Positions 1 to 11,260 of a stretch of DNA of 64,000 nt are shown here, piece after piece. The DNA lies in NCBI GenBank assembly GCA_965238175.1, contig CBDEGZ010000003.1, forward strand, positions 1,376,001-1,440,000, read 5' to 3'. The notes beneath the pieces were generated by a model, which had not been told where the DNA came from, did not search any database, and was given only the letters and a program-made list of their open reading frames with translations. Within the stretch, counting starts at the first letter, position 1, and each line of letters opens with the position of its first letter. A program made the position numbers and the translations under genes. This DNA comes from Gammaproteobacteria bacterium (GTDB lineage Bacteria; Pseudomonadota; Gammaproteobacteria; CAJXQU01).

Positions 1-232
1 TCACGAGTGTGGCGGTTATCAAGACATAGCACGCAACGGCTGCCGGTGGTGGAATAAAATAACGTGTTGCCGAGACAATTAAAGACGTGATCGTAAAAAC
101 GATAAAAAAAATGATACCCATGCTGATGCTTAAAGTGAGTGAATAAGAAATGGCCAGTAGTGGACTCAAGCCGATCAAACGAAACAATACCGGATTGTCG
201 TGCAATAAGGCGCTGAAGATTTGAGCGTTCAT
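1..232 (-). CDS. rnfE: RnfE/RsxE-like membrane subunit, 5' part (runs off window start)
   Basis: Hand translation from ATG at 232: MNAQIFSALLHDNPVLFRLIGLSPLLAIS...; NPV..LG.(C/S)PLLA pattern; ATG overlaps the rnfG stop. Confidence 0.75.
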   Translation of the reverse strand, partial: MNAQIFSALLHDNPVLFRLIGLSPLLAISYSLTLSISMGIIFFIVFTITSLIVSATRYFIPPPAAVACYVLITATLV

Positions 233-846
233 GGTTGTGTTACCGGCTGAGGCTTTGCCCATATTTTTTCTTTCTCACGTTGATAAAAGGCAAGACATTT
301 CTTTATGGTTTTAATCACGGCATTTGAACTAATTGTTGCACCAGATATGTGATCAACATTTAAAATTTTATCTTTATCAGGATAAACAAATGATGAACCG
401 ATAAAGCGTTTTAACCAATCCGAAACTTTTTGATCGATAGCATCGCCGAACCCCGGTGTTTCAGTATGCTGAATCACCCCTGTCGCGAGAATTTCTCCAT
501 CATAACTCAAACTTATCGCCAGGCTAATTGGGCCATTATAGCCATTTGGAGCGATAGGCAGAATAATAATCCCTAGAGGATTTCCATTATCTCGCGCGCG
601 ATAAATGGGAACAGGCTTGGCAGTTCCCAAGTCACCTAATAAGATCAGTTCAACTTTGTCGTTTATTAGATCATTATCGTATTCTAAGGGCATTAATTGT
701 TTGATCAGCAAATGTTGTTTGTTTGTTTTAATCTGGCTGATGGGAATGCGAGTATCATTATAAAAATAATGCGCGATCAAAAAGCTCGATAAGATAAAAA
801 AAAGTAGAGGTGCAATTAATGAAATTCGCGAGAAAGTCATGATCAA
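229..846 (-). CDS. rnfG: RnfG/RsxG-like FMN-binding subunit
   Basis: GYNGPI, HTETPG and D.ISGATISS flavinylation motif; N-terminal TM; follows rnfD. Confidence 0.85.
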   Translation of the reverse strand: MIMTFSRISLIAPLLFFILSSFLIAHYFYNDTRIPISQIKTNKQHLLIKQLMPLEYDNDLINDKVELILLGDLGTAKPVPIYRARDNGNPLGIIILPIAPNGYNGPISLAISLSYDGEILATGVIQHTETPGFGDAIDQKVSDWLKRFIGSSFVYPDKDKILNVDHISGATISSNAVIKTIKKCLAFYQREKEKIWAKPQPVTQP

Positions 847-856
847 TTAGCCAAAC

Positions 857-1831
857 TTAACTAGGTGCTTGAGGTCGAAAAAAGTGATCAAGTACGGGGA
901 CGGTAGCATTCATCATTAAGACGGCGAAAGCTGCGCCTTCTGGATATGCGCTCCAGGTTCGAATGACATAAATGACTATGCCGATCAGAAACCCATAGAT
1001 AAAACGTCCTTTTTTTGTGCTCGGCGAGGTGACGGGATCGGTTGCAACAAAAAAAGCACAGAGCATGGTTGCGCCACTGAATAAGTGAAAAGATATTTCC
1101 GGATAATGGTCGGCATCGGATATTTGAAAAAGTACAGAGAATAAAATGAGTCCACAGAGAACACCGACGGGAATATGCCAGCGAATGATTCTTTTTTGAA
1201 TCAAAATCAATCCACCGATTAAAAAGGCGATGTTGATCCATTCATGACCAGATGAAGCAAAATTTCCAAAAATGCCAGTATTCTGGATTTCTGAAAGCAT
1301 ATGTGCAAGTCGCAGGCTGGTTTGCAAGCTATCTAACGGGGTTGCGCTACTTTGACTGTCTATGCTTATTGCCCATTGATTCATTTCTGCCGGAAAGCTG
1401 ATCAATAATGCCACAACTCCGACCATCGCAGGATTAAAAATATTGTTGCCAGTACTACCGTAAGCATATTTTCCAAGTGTGATCGAAAATGTGATCCCAA
1501 TCAATAGTATCCACCAGGGAAGAGATGGAGGGAGTGATAAAGCAAAAATAATAGCCATTACTGCGCCACTGCCATCTAAAGCAAAGGTTTGCAGATTATT
1601 GCCACGAAGGTGATGCAAGCCCACTTCTAGAATAAAGCCACAACAAATGGTTAGAATCAAATTGATCAAAACACCATAACCAAAAATGAAAATGCTCAAC
1701 AGCGTTCCTGGAATAAGGCAAAAGCCGACCAAAAACATCGCTCGCTGAACAGAGGGATTCACCAGCCAATAGTCTTGGATCTGAAGTATCTTCTGCAAAC
1801 CGTCAACTTGTTGGTCTGTGCTTTTTTGCAT
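857..1831 (-). CDS. rnfD: RnfD/RsxD-like membrane subunit
   Basis: NIFNPAMVG, SATPL (FMN-Thr), FVATDPVTSP, YPEGAAFAVLMMN motifs. Confidence 0.9.
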   Translation of the reverse strand: MQKSTDQQVDGLQKILQIQDYWLVNPSVQRAMFLVGFCLIPGTLLSIFIFGYGVLINLILTICCGFILEVGLHHLRGNNLQTFALDGSGAVMAIIFALSLPPSLPWWILLIGITFSITLGKYAYGSTGNNIFNPAMVGVVALLISFPAEMNQWAISIDSQSSATPLDSLQTSLRLAHMLSEIQNTGIFGNFASSGHEWINIAFLIGGLILIQKRIIRWHIPVGVLCGLILFSVLFQISDADHYPEISFHLFSGATMLCAFFVATDPVTSPSTKKGRFIYGFLIGIVIYVIRTWSAYPEGAAFAVLMMNATVPVLDHFFRPQAPS

Positions 1832-1913
1832 AGGCGAAATGTACCATTATTTTGCCGATATAATCAGTACTACGTTAGAATGAGATTATTTTCTTTGAAG
1901 GGAAGGAGATTTT

Positions 1914-3131
1914 ATGCATGGAATGAAACCGCGACGCGATTGTGTTGGTGTCAAAGTAGGGGAAATTACTATTGGTGGTGGTGCTCCGGTGGTTGTTCAA
2001 TCGATGACTAATACTGACACGGCTGATGCACTTGCGACAGTGAAGCAGGTACAACAGCTAGCGGCTGCCGGATCAGAGTTGGTTCGGATCACCGTTAATA
2101 ATGAAGACGCCGCAAAGCAGGTAGGCAAGATCAAAGACATGCTTGATGCGGCCGGTTGTGCTGTTCCATTGGTTGGTGATTTTCATTATATCGGGCATAA
2201 ACTGTTGACCAAATATCCTGAATGCGCTGAAGCACTGGCTAAATACCGAATTAATCCGGGTAATGTGGGGTTTGGTAAAAAGCGTGACTCTCAGTTTGCT
2301 GCTATGATCGAAACCGCAATTGAATATGATAAGCCAGTACGTATAGGCGTTAACTGGGGCAGTTTGGATAATGCATTAATCACCAAAATGATGGATGATA
2401 ATGCAAAACTCCCAGAACCACGATCTCCCGAAGTTGTAACTCAAGCAGCGTTGATAGCATCTGCTATAGACAGCGCTAAACTTGCAGAAGATATTGGTTT
2501 GTCACGCGATAAGATTGTTCTTTCTTGCAAAGTCAGTGGCGTTCAGGAATTGATCTCGGTTTATTCTGAACTCGCTTCCCGTTGTGACTATGCATTGCAC
2601 CTTGGTTTAACTGAAGCGGGTATGGGATCAAAAGGTATTGTTGCTTCAACCGCAGCGATGGGCATTTTATTACAACAGGGGATCGGCGATACGATCCGTG
2701 TTTCACTAACACCAGAACCTAATGGTGATCGGACAAAAGAAGTGATCGTCGCACAGGAAATTTTGCAGACGATGGGGATCAGATCATTTACGCCTTTGGT
2801 AACTGCATGTCCGGGTTGTGGCCGAACAACGAGTACTTATTTTCAGGAATTGGCTGATTCTATTCAGGCTTATGTCAGAACTCAAATGCCAATATGGCGA
2901 GATCAATATGACGGAGTTGAAGATATGAGTCTAGCCGTAATGGGTTGTGTAGTGAATGGGCCAGGGGAAAGTAAGCAGGCCGACATAGGGATTAGTTTGC
3001 CGGGTACTGGTGAAGCACCTGTTGCGCCAGTGTTTATTGATGGTGAAAAGGTTGCAACTCTGCGAGGTGATAATATTGCCGAAGAATTTCAGGGGATGGT
3101 GGATGAGTATGTACAGACGAATTATTCATAG
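1914..3131 (+). CDS. ispG: (E)-4-hydroxy-3-methylbut-2-enyl diphosphate synthase
   Basis: [39 protein letters not shown]. Confidence 0.97.
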   Translation: MHGMKPRRDCVGVKVGEITIGGGAPVVVQSMTNTDTADALATVKQVQQLAAAGSELVRITVNNEDAAKQVGKIKDMLDAAGCAVPLVGDFHYIGHKLLTKYPECAEALAKYRINPGNVGFGKKRDSQFAAMIETAIEYDKPVRIGVNWGSLDNALITKMMDDNAKLPEPRSPEVVTQAALIASAIDSAKLAEDIGLSRDKIVLSCKVSGVQELISVYSELASRCDYALHLGLTEAGMGSKGIVASTAAMGILLQQGIGDTIRVSLTPEPNGDRTKEVIVAQEILQTMGIRSFTPLVTACPGCGRTTSTYFQELADSIQAYVRTQMPIWRDQYDGVEDMSLAVMGCVVNGPGESKQADIGISLPGTGEAPVAPVFIDGEKVATLRGDNIAEEFQGMVDEYVQTNYS

Positions 3132-4794
3132 ACCTAGTATTTCAATAGTCACGCCTTCCAAAGTAATGTTAGTTGGATTATTTTTATTATCATCATTTTT
3201 AGTCCATGCGACTGAAGTAGTCTACCCAAAAACCAAACTCCTAGATGAGTGGATCTATACAGTTAAGCAAGGAGATAATCTTTGGAATTTAACGGAAGAT
3301 TTTCTGGTTGATATGCGTTATTGGCGCAAGTTGCAAAGACTTAATAATATTAATCAACCGTCAAAAATACTTCCGGGATCGACTTTACGCATACCACGTG
3401 CCTGGTCACGTATTCGTCCATCAGAAGCAACAATAAAGAGCTTTTCAGGCAATGTTAGTGTCACTGTTTTAGAAAAAAACCAAGCCGTCTCTGTTGATAT
3501 GAAATTAGTAGCGGGTGACCGGATCCAGACTGGCGCAGGGGCTTTTGCCAGATTGTTATTTGAAGACGGATCTGTCCTTATCCTAAGAGAAAACAGTGAG
3601 CTTATTGTGGAGACACTAGAATCTTATGGAAATAAGGATGTCTTCAATACCAACCTGGAGCTCAAGCGAGGGCGGTTGGATAATAAAGTTAACCCCGATA
3701 AAAAACCGGGTTCACGGTTCGAGATTAATACACCTTCGGCAACCGCCGCAGTACGCGGAACAAGTTATCGCTTAAATGTTATTGATCAGGAATCGATAAC
3801 AACCGAAGTACTAGAGGGCGAGGTTAATGTTGCCAATGAAGTGGGTGGAATCGGAGTTGAAGGTGGTTTCGGCACCCTTGTTAAGCAAGGAGTGCCACCA
3901 ACACCTCCAGTTGCTTTATTACCAGTGCCAGAGTTGTCTCAAATACCGACCTTGTTTGAACAATTGCCGATTAAATTCCAGTTGCCGGAGATAAAAGATG
4001 CACATGCTTATCGAATTCAAATAGCGCCCGACTCTGCATTTTTAGCCTTAAATTATGATGACCTATCGCTGTCAACAACGGTCAGTATTGATGAACTCAG
4101 GGATGGTGAATATTTCATAAAGGTTCGTGGCGTTGATCAAAATGCTTTGGAAGGCTTTGATTCATTGCACGGATTTATATTAAACGCAAAACCGGATGCT
4201 CCATTATTGATAGAGCCGCAAAGGGGACAAACTGTATCGAGTGAATATCGCAAATTTTCGTGGACAAAAAATGCTGACGCGACAGCTTATCATTTTCAGT
4301 TGGCAGATAATCTAAATTTTGATCAACCACGCATTGATATTCCAGAATATAAGGAAACTACCACTACAATTTCACACCCTTTACCACCCGGGAAATGGTT
4401 CTGGCGTGTTTCTGCATTGGACGCAGAAGGTGCAGGACCTTTAGGAAGTGTCAATGAATTTCAGGTAATGAAACCCGGGAAAAAAGTTGATGTTGCTTTA
4501 ATAGACGAAGCAGAAATTGTTTTTCGTTGGCCTGATGGTGAGGAAAGTGATCGATATCAGATCCAGATCGCGAGTGATATAGTCTTTCAGAAATTGATCG
4601 TTGATACAGAAGTTGATCAAGTCAGATACATCTTTCCACGACCGAAATTGGCGAGTACTTTATTTGTACGTATAAGGGTTATTGAAGCCGATGGATTTGA
4701 AGGTTCCTGGGGTTCTGTACAACAAGTTGATATCCCAGATGAACATCCTTTCTGGTTACTTGCTCTGGGACCTCTTTTATTGTTCTTGTTATGA
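3109..4794 (+). CDS. LysM + FecR domain + fibronectin-III-like repeats, C-terminal membrane anchor
   Basis: [10 protein letters not shown] (LysM), [11 protein letters not shown] (FecR), signal-peptide-like N-terminus, hydrophobic C-tail; start uncertain (3103/3109/3166). Confidence 0.8.
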   Translation: MYRRIIHRPSISIVTPSKVMLVGLFLLSSFLVHATEVVYPKTKLLDEWIYTVKQGDNLWNLTEDFLVDMRYWRKLQRLNNINQPSKILPGSTLRIPRAWSRIRPSEATIKSFSGNVSVTVLEKNQAVSVDMKLVAGDRIQTGAGAFARLLFEDGSVLILRENSELIVETLESYGNKDVFNTNLELKRGRLDNKVNPDKKPGSRFEINTPSATAAVRGTSYRLNVIDQESITTEVLEGEVNVANEVGGIGVEGGFGTLVKQGVPPTPPVALLPVPELSQIPTLFEQLPIKFQLPEIKDAHAYRIQIAPDSAFLALNYDDLSLSTTVSIDELRDGEYFIKVRGVDQNALEGFDSLHGFILNAKPDAPLLIEPQRGQTVSSEYRKFSWTKNADATAYHFQLADNLNFDQPRIDIPEYKETTTTISHPLPPGKWFWRVSALDAEGAGPLGSVNEFQVMKPGKKVDVALIDEAEIVFRWPDGEESDRYQIQIASDIVFQKLIVDTEVDQVRYIFPRPKLASTLFVRIRVIEADGFEGSWGSVQQVDIPDEHPFWLLALGPLLLFLL

Positions 4795-4840
4795 AACAAG
4801 AATGATTATGAATATGAACAAGAATGACCAACTGTGAAGC

Positions 4841-7800
4841 ATGAAAACTGATTTAGATCGGGTAGATAAAATAATGCTGGGATTGTTGTTGATCCTAGTG
4901 ACAGCAGTTTTAAATTACACACACCTCACTCAAAAACTGGATAACTTTATTTATGATACACACTTGGGTCTTTGGTCGAGAGCACCCATAGAAGATATTG
5001 TGCTAGTCACGATTGATGATCGTAGTGTAGAACAGTTAGGGCGTTGGCCATGGCCGAGACGTTTCCATGCAAAGCTGCTAGAAGTGTTATCAGACAGTAA
5101 GGCCGTTTCACTGGATATTCTTTTTTCGGAGCCAGATACTAATGACCCGAAAGGTGATCAGATCCTTGCAGAGGCTATTGTTACGCACGGTAAAGTAATT
5201 TTGCCTGTCGCGTTAACGGATTCAGAAAATCCAACAGGACAAGCTCCCATGCTGGGTGAATTAAGTTCATTGCCTATTTTTGATCGTGCGGCTGCGAGTA
5301 GAGGCCATGTGGATGTTGAGCTTGATGATGGAATTAGCCGCAGTATTTTTCTTAAAGGAGGGGTGAATTCACCACAAATAAGTGCCTTGCCATTGGCTAT
5401 GATAGAGCAATATCAACAGATTGAAATACCGGGACAGAGAAATAAAAAATGGATAACAGTAGAAAAAATTCGTAGCAAGAATGATGGGGTTTCTCGTTGG
5501 GATGAGAACAAATGGGCCAAAAACAAATGGGTTAGAGATTACCGAATCTTGCTACCTTTTTCTAAAGATCCGCAACATTTCAAAAAAATATCCTATATTG
5601 ATGCTATAGACGAGCAATTTGATCGAACCATATTTACGGATAAATGGGTTTTGGTCGGTATGGATGTAACAGGTTTGGGTGATCGTATTTCTACACCGGT
5701 CACTCATTCAGCACAGTCTATGGCAGGTGTTGAGTTTGAAGCACATGTTTTGGATATTTTACTGAATGATCTCGCTATTCAGCCTTTAGATGATCATCAA
5801 AACTTGTTAGTGGCGCTGCCATTTTTAATTGCGCTCGTATTATTGTTTAATTTTTTTCGCGCAGACAGAACCTGGTTGGTGGCGGTACTACTGGTACTCG
5901 CAATAATAATGTGTTGCTTTGTTTTATCCCGACAAGGTTTTCTGGGAACACATTTCTGGTTTAGACCTGGTTCGGTATTGGTCGCACTTTTTATTGGTTA
6001 TATTTTATTACATCGTCAGCAGCTAGCGGGATTCATTTTCTTTTTAGGAAAAGAAAAAGAGCATGCGGAAGTCGCGTTAACGACAGTTAGCAATGCGGTT
6101 GTCATTACAGATAATCTGGGATGTGTAGCATTTATGAATCCTATTGCTGAAACGTTAACGGGTTACACATTTGAAGAAGTTCGAGGACAGCCATTATCTG
6201 ATGTGGTGCAATTTCAAGATCATAATGGAGTGCCTTCGCAGATTGATCTGGTAGCAAGAAGTCAAAGTACTCAAACCAGGGTCGAGCTTCCTGAAAATTA
6301 CTTTCTCAAACAGCATAATGGGAAGCTATTGGCGGTAAAGGCAAATGCTAAACTCTTCGTTGGTGATAGGGAAGAGGTGACAGGTGTCGTGGTCGCATTT
6401 GATCAACAAAATCCGCAACTACATCAAGCGACGGGTGTCATAGATCCGCTTACGGGCCTACCAGCATGTCCACTGTTAAAAGACCGATTAGAACATGCAA
6501 TTTCTATCGCAAGTCGAACAAAGCGTTTGATCGCTATTTTGTATTTGAACATTAATAATTTTAACAAAATTATTGATGGTGTTGGTATGAAAAACGCTGA
6601 TAATTTATTAAAAGAAATCGCTTCGCGGCTGACTGCTCGTGGTAGAAGTTGTGATACTGTCGCCAGGATAGAAGACGCTAATTTTGTCGTTGTTTTGGAG
6701 AACCTTGAAGATCTCGATTCTGTAGCGTCGGTGGCAATGACACTACTTGATGCAATTGGCAAGCCTTTCAGGATTATGGAACAGGTGGTTAGTGTAGAGC
6801 CAAATATCGGTATCAGTACTTATCCTAAAGACGGTATGAGCGCTGAAATATTGAAGAATAATGCGCTGATAGCAATGAATCGAGCGCGGAAAAGTCAGAA
6901 AGAAAATATCTCACAGTTTCGATTTTATTCTCAAGAAATGCATAAAAAGACATTGGATCAGATGTTATCTGAAAAAGATCTGCGTACTGCATTAACGGAG
7001 AAAAATTTCGAACTTTATTATCAACCCCGAATAGATTTTAGTAACGGGAATATTATTGCTGTAGAGGCTCTGATTCGTTGGCGTCGAAATGTTGGCGATG
7101 GTGAAGAGCTACTTTTACCGAGTAGCTTTATACCTTTGGCTGAGCGTTGTGGTCTGATTACAGAAATTGGAACTTGGGTTTTAGAGACAGCGTGCATGCA
7201 ACTAAAAACATGGGAAGAGGCCGGTTTGCAATGCCCTCGCATGGCGATCAATTTATCACCCAGACAGTTGCAGCATGATTTGCTAGATACTATTGCCCGT
7301 GTTTTAGACACGCTAGCATTGGAGCCACAGATACTTGAACTGGAAATTACTGAAAATGCGCTTGTCAGAAATGCTGATAGATGCATTGAAATTCTTAAAG
7401 AGTATAGAGCGGTAGGCGGTAAAGTTTCGATTGACGATTTTGGGGCAGATTATTCATCATTGAATTACCTTAAAAACTTTCCTGTGGATACGTTGAAGAT
7501 TGATCAGGTTTTTATCAATGATGTTTTGACGGAATCAGAGCATAAGGCAGTTACGTTAGCAGTTATTAGTATGGCTCATAGTCTAAACCTGCAAGTTGTA
7601 GCGCAAGGTGTCGAAACTAAGCCACAGTTCGATTTCTTACGTGCAAAAGGTTGTGATGAGTTGCAGGGAGATTTCTTTTCTAAGCCACTTTCATGTTTCG
7701 AGATGACAAAGATATTAGAAAAAAATCAGCATATCGAACTTGACGACGTTTCTGAACAGCTTGAGAGAACCTTGTTATTATTTGATGAGGATAGTGAAGC

Positions 7801-8131
7801 TCTGAGCCGTCAGGGGATGATGCTTGCGAATGAAGGTTATCGAATATTGATGGCCGATAGCGAAGAGCATGCTTTAAGCCTGCTTGCTAAACATCCCGTT
7901 GGAGTCGTGGTTTGTGACGAAGTAATAGGGCAGATGCATGGTTATAAATTGCTTGAGAAGATCAAAAGTTTGTATCCAGAAACAACATGTATATTACAGA
8001 TGTCTTCTATGGATCGAATAACAACATCTAAGATGAATAACTCTGGTGCTATTTCCAAATTTATCAATAAGCCAATATCAGAACTTGAATTCAAAGAATT
8101 ACTCAGAGAAAGTTTTAATCTTGACCTTTAA
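4841..8131 (+). CDS. CHASE2-PAS-GGDEF(degenerate)-EAL-REC signalling protein
   Basis: LGRWPWPR (CHASE2), 3 TM, PAS (FMNPIAE), DPLTGL, EALIRW, DDFG, C-terminal receiver-like domain. Confidence 0.88.
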   Translation: MKTDLDRVDKIMLGLLLILVTAVLNYTHLTQKLDNFIYDTHLGLWSRAPIEDIVLVTIDDRSVEQLGRWPWPRRFHAKLLEVLSDSKAVSLDILFSEPDTNDPKGDQILAEAIVTHGKVILPVALTDSENPTGQAPMLGELSSLPIFDRAAASRGHVDVELDDGISRSIFLKGGVNSPQISALPLAMIEQYQQIEIPGQRNKKWITVEKIRSKNDGVSRWDENKWAKNKWVRDYRILLPFSKDPQHFKKISYIDAIDEQFDRTIFTDKWVLVGMDVTGLGDRISTPVTHSAQSMAGVEFEAHVLDILLNDLAIQPLDDHQNLLVALPFLIALVLLFNFFRADRTWLVAVLLVLAIIMCCFVLSRQGFLGTHFWFRPGSVLVALFIGYILLHRQQLAGFIFFLGKEKEHAEVALTTVSNAVVITDNLGCVAFMNPIAETLTGYTFEEVRGQPLSDVVQFQDHNGVPSQIDLVARSQSTQTRVELPENYFLKQHNGKLLAVKANAKLFVGDREEVTGVVVAFDQQNPQLHQATGVIDPLTGLPACPLLKDRLEHAISIASRTKRLIAILYLNINNFNKIIDGVGMKNADNLLKEIASRLTARGRSCDTVARIEDANFVVVLENLEDLDSVASVAMTLLDAIGKPFRIMEQVVSVEPNIGISTYPKDGMSAEILKNNALIAMNRARKSQKENISQFRFYSQEMHKKTLDQMLSEKDLRTALTEKNFELYYQPRIDFSNGNIIAVEALIRWRRNVGDGEELLLPSSFIPLAERCGLITEIGTWVLETACMQLKTWEEAGLQCPRMAINLSPRQLQHDLLDTIARVLDTLALEPQILELEITENALVRNADRCIEILKEYRAVGGKVSIDDFGADYSSLNYLKNFPVDTLKIDQVFINDVLTESEHKAVTLAVISMAHSLNLQVVAQGVETKPQFDFLRAKGCDELQGDFFSKPLSCFEMTKILEKNQHIELDDVSEQLERTLLLFDEDSEALSRQGMMLANEGYRILMADSEEHALSLLAKHPVGVVVCDEVIGQMHGYKLLEKIKSLYPETTCILQMSSMDRITTSKMNNSGAISKFINKPISELEFKELLRESFNLDL

Positions 8132-8246
8132 AATATTGCATTAACACAAAGAGAATAAAGCCATTTCCACAAATTTTTTTTAACTTATATTTTCGCTGTG
8201 ATCCTACTCAGTTTTTTGTTGTCAATGGTATCGAAGTGTTAAATAA

Positions 8247-8292
8247 ACACTATATATAGTTGAAAAAATACTAGAAACACAATATATTGTGC
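8247..8292 (+). promoter_or_regulatory. Tandem NrdR boxes
   Basis: ACACTATATATAGTTG (8247-8262) and ACACAATATATTGTGC (8277-8292) match the NrdR consensus acaCwAtATaTwGtgt, about 3 helical turns apart, upstream of an RNR gene. Confidence 0.88.
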
Positions 8293-8387
8293 TTTCGCAG
8301 GCGTTGGGAGGAATCAGCGTTGTTCATCTGAAAAGTGCTTTTCTGCACTTTTTCGTGGTCTATAATAAAACAATGAAAGGGGAAAGT

Positions 8388-10541
8388 ATGGAATCAGCAT
8401 CTGTTGTTATCGTTTCCGACGCAGAAGGGGGAGTTGATCTGCAACCTGCATCGCTCGATATCTGGGATAAGAAATATCGATTAAAAACTAAAGAAGGTGT
8501 TGCCGTTGATCAGGATATTGATGCAACTTATCGACGTGTTGCCAAGGCACTTTCAGAGGTGGAAACGACACCTGAGAAGCAAGAGCTTTGGCATAAGAAA
8601 TTTCTTTGGGCATTACGCCATGGTGCAATACCTGCAGGTCGGATAACCTCTAACGCTGGCGCGCAAGCATATAAACCAGCAACCTCAACGATCAATTGTA
8701 CTGTTTCTGGTGTGGTTCGTGACTCCATGGACGATATTCTTAATAAGGTGCATGAGGCCGGTTTAACCCTGAAGGCTGGTTGTGGTATTGGTTATGAGTT
8801 TTCTACCTTACGACCAAAGGGAGCTTATGTTTCCGGTGCAGGTGCTTATACGTCGGGTCCACTGTCTTTTATGGATATCTACGACAAGATGTGTTTTACC
8901 GTATCTTCTGCGGGTGGCCGCCGTGGCGCACAAATGGCGACATTCGATGTAGGTCATCCTGATGTGCTCGATTTCATTCGTGCGAAGCGCGAGGACGGTC
9001 GTTTGCGACAGTTCAATTTATCTTTATTGATCACTGATGAATTTATGCAAGCGGTGAAAAATGACGGGCAATGGAAGTTGGCATTTCCTCTGGATGATAA
9101 AGAAGTCGAACAAGATGGCATTGATCTAAATGATCAAAAACAAGTGATCTGGCGCGAGTGGCCAACACATAAAGGCTACATTGTTAATGAAACAGGTAAG
9201 GTTGCTTGCAAGGTTTATAAAACGATCCCTGCCCAACGACTTTGGGATGCGATTATGTCATCCACTTACGATTATGCTGAACCGGGTTTTATTCTGATCG
9301 ATGAATACAATGAAATGAATAACAATTGGTTTTGCGAAAATATTCGTGCGACCAATCCATGTGGTGAACAAGGGTTGCCTCCATACGGGGCTTGCCTCCT
9401 TGGTTCGATCAATTTGACGACCTTTGTATCTGCTCCCTTTACTGATAAAGCAGAATTTGACTGGGAAACCTTCCATTCAGTGGTTCGCGTATTTACCCGT
9501 ATGTTGGATAACGTTGTAGAGATCAACGGCCTGCCACTGGAAAAACAACGTGATGAAATTGAGCGCAAACGTCGCCATGGTATGGGTTACCTGGGTCTAG
9601 GCTCAACATTAACCATGCTAAAACAGAAGTACGGCAGTGATGAATCACTGGAATTCACTGAGCGTGTTAGCCGCGAGTTAGCGATGGCGGGCTGGCAAGA
9701 AGCACTGAGCTTGGCGGAAGAAAAAGGTTCGGCGCCAGTGATGGAAGAAGACTTTGAAGTCACAACTGAGATGCTCAGTCGTCGGCCAGAAATGATCGAT
9801 GATGGTTTCAAAGTTGGTGACACCGTTAAGGGTAAAGTACTGCATGCAAAGTATAGCCGTTATATGCAGCGTATCGCTAAGGAAGATCCTGATCTAGTAG
9901 AGCAACTGGCTAAAGTGGGGGCTCGCTTTACACATCACAGTTCCATAGCACCGACAGGGACGATCTCCTTATCATTAGCAAATAACGCCAGTAATGGTAT
10001 TGAGCCGAGTTTCGCACATCACTACTCACGCAATGTTATCCGTGAAAACAAAAAGACCAAAGAAAAGGTCGATGTTTTTTCATATGAATTATTGGCCTAT
10101 CGTACTTTAGTGAACCCTAAGGCGATGCCTTTCTCTGAAAATCCAGAAGAACAGTTACCGGACTATTTCATTAGTGCTGATTCAGTCGTACCTAAACAGC
10201 ATGTGGATATCCAGGCGGCATCACAAAAATGGATCGATTCTTCGATTTCTAAAACAGCGAATGTCCCTACAGATTTCGCCTTTGAAGAATTCAAAAACAT
10301 TTATGAATATGCCTATGATAAAGGTTTGAAAGGATGCACAACCTTCCGTTTCAATCCAGAAGTTTTCCAGGGTGTACTGGTCAAAGAAGCAGATCTGGAA
10401 AATACGACCTACCGTTTCTCACTGGAAAATGGTGATGTGATAGAAGTAAAAGGTAATGAAGAGATCGAATACGATGGTGAAATGCATACCGCTGCGAACC
10501 TGTTCGATGCACTTAAAGAAGGCTATTATGGTAAATTCTAA
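8388..10541 (+). CDS. nrdJ: Class II (B12-dependent) ribonucleotide reductase, NrdJa
   Basis: PAGRI, TINC, ATNPCGEQ, IAPTGTIS; ATG 8388 has an RBS, whereas the ORF-track GTG start 8289 lies inside an NrdR box. Confidence 0.93.
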   Translation: MESASVVIVSDAEGGVDLQPASLDIWDKKYRLKTKEGVAVDQDIDATYRRVAKALSEVETTPEKQELWHKKFLWALRHGAIPAGRITSNAGAQAYKPATSTINCTVSGVVRDSMDDILNKVHEAGLTLKAGCGIGYEFSTLRPKGAYVSGAGAYTSGPLSFMDIYDKMCFTVSSAGGRRGAQMATFDVGHPDVLDFIRAKREDGRLRQFNLSLLITDEFMQAVKNDGQWKLAFPLDDKEVEQDGIDLNDQKQVIWREWPTHKGYIVNETGKVACKVYKTIPAQRLWDAIMSSTYDYAEPGFILIDEYNEMNNNWFCENIRATNPCGEQGLPPYGACLLGSINLTTFVSAPFTDKAEFDWETFHSVVRVFTRMLDNVVEINGLPLEKQRDEIERKRRHGMGYLGLGSTLTMLKQKYGSDESLEFTERVSRELAMAGWQEALSLAEEKGSAPVMEEDFEVTTEMLSRRPEMIDDGFKVGDTVKGKVLHAKYSRYMQRIAKEDPDLVEQLAKVGARFTHHSSIAPTGTISLSLANNASNGIEPSFAHHYSRNVIRENKKTKEKVDVFSYELLAYRTLVNPKAMPFSENPEEQLPDYFISADSVVPKQHVDIQAASQKWIDSSISKTANVPTDFAFEEFKNIYEYAYDKGLKGCTTFRFNPEVFQGVLVKEADLENTTYRFSLENGDVIEVKGNEEIEYDGEMHTAANLFDALKEGYYGKF

Positions 10542-11236
10542 TGACGATTAAAATAGATAATAAAATTGTTGGTTATAAAGTTATAAAAGAAAATGACGAA
10601 ACTTTACAGGCAGAAGAAGCCTCTCCGCTTGAAGATAAGCAGGAAGATAATGTTGTGCAGATGCATGAAAAAGTTGAACGACCAGACATGCTTTTGGGTT
10701 CAACTTACAAAATCAAAACACCATTAAGTGATCACGCACTCTACATTACAGTGAATGATATTGTCCTCAATGCGGGAACCGAGCATGAGCTGCGTCGCCC
10801 ATTTGAAGTGTTTATAAATTCAAAAAGCATGGATCATTTTCAATGGATTGTCGCTTTAACACGGATCATTTCAGCCGTTTTCCGTAAAGGGGGTGACGTT
10901 ATATTTCTGGTTGAAGAATTACGATCTGTTTTTGATCCAAGTGGTGGTTATTTTAAACCCGGTGGTAAGTTTATGCCATCGTTAGTTGCTGAGATTGGTG
11001 ATGTTTTGGAAAACCATATGCGTCTAATTGGTTTAATCAAAGATAGTGGGCCTGACAAGCATCAAAAAAAAATGATCGAAGAAAAAAAGGTAGAACTAAA
11101 AAAGTCACAAACCAGTGACGATGAGGGAGAATTTCCAAACAGTGCGACACTCTGTGTTAAATGTAATACGAAAGCGATGATTCAGATGGACAACTGTCTT
11201 ACTTGTTTGAATTGTGGTGAGAGTAAGTGCGGTTAA
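10541..11236 (+). CDS. nrdJb: NrdJb (TSCPD domain with C-terminal Cys motifs)
   Basis: RPFEVFINSK, ISAVFRKGGD, CVKC...CLNCGESKCG; start overlaps nrdJa stop. Confidence 0.88.
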   Translation: MTIKIDNKIVGYKVIKENDETLQAEEASPLEDKQEDNVVQMHEKVERPDMLLGSTYKIKTPLSDHALYITVNDIVLNAGTEHELRRPFEVFINSKSMDHFQWIVALTRIISAVFRKGGDVIFLVEELRSVFDPSGGYFKPGGKFMPSLVAEIGDVLENHMRLIGLIKDSGPDKHQKKMIEEKKVELKKSQTSDDEGEFPNSATLCVKCNTKAMIQMDNCLTCLNCGESKCG

Positions 11237-11260
11237 ATAATTTTTCTTGGTAAAGAAAAA

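Noticed and set aside
8289-8387. ORF-track N-terminal extensions (nrdJ from 8289; likewise 3010, 16821, 45568, 50683, 56440, 59961)
   Set aside because: They overlap regulatory sites or upstream genes; downstream starts have RBSs or family-typical N-termini
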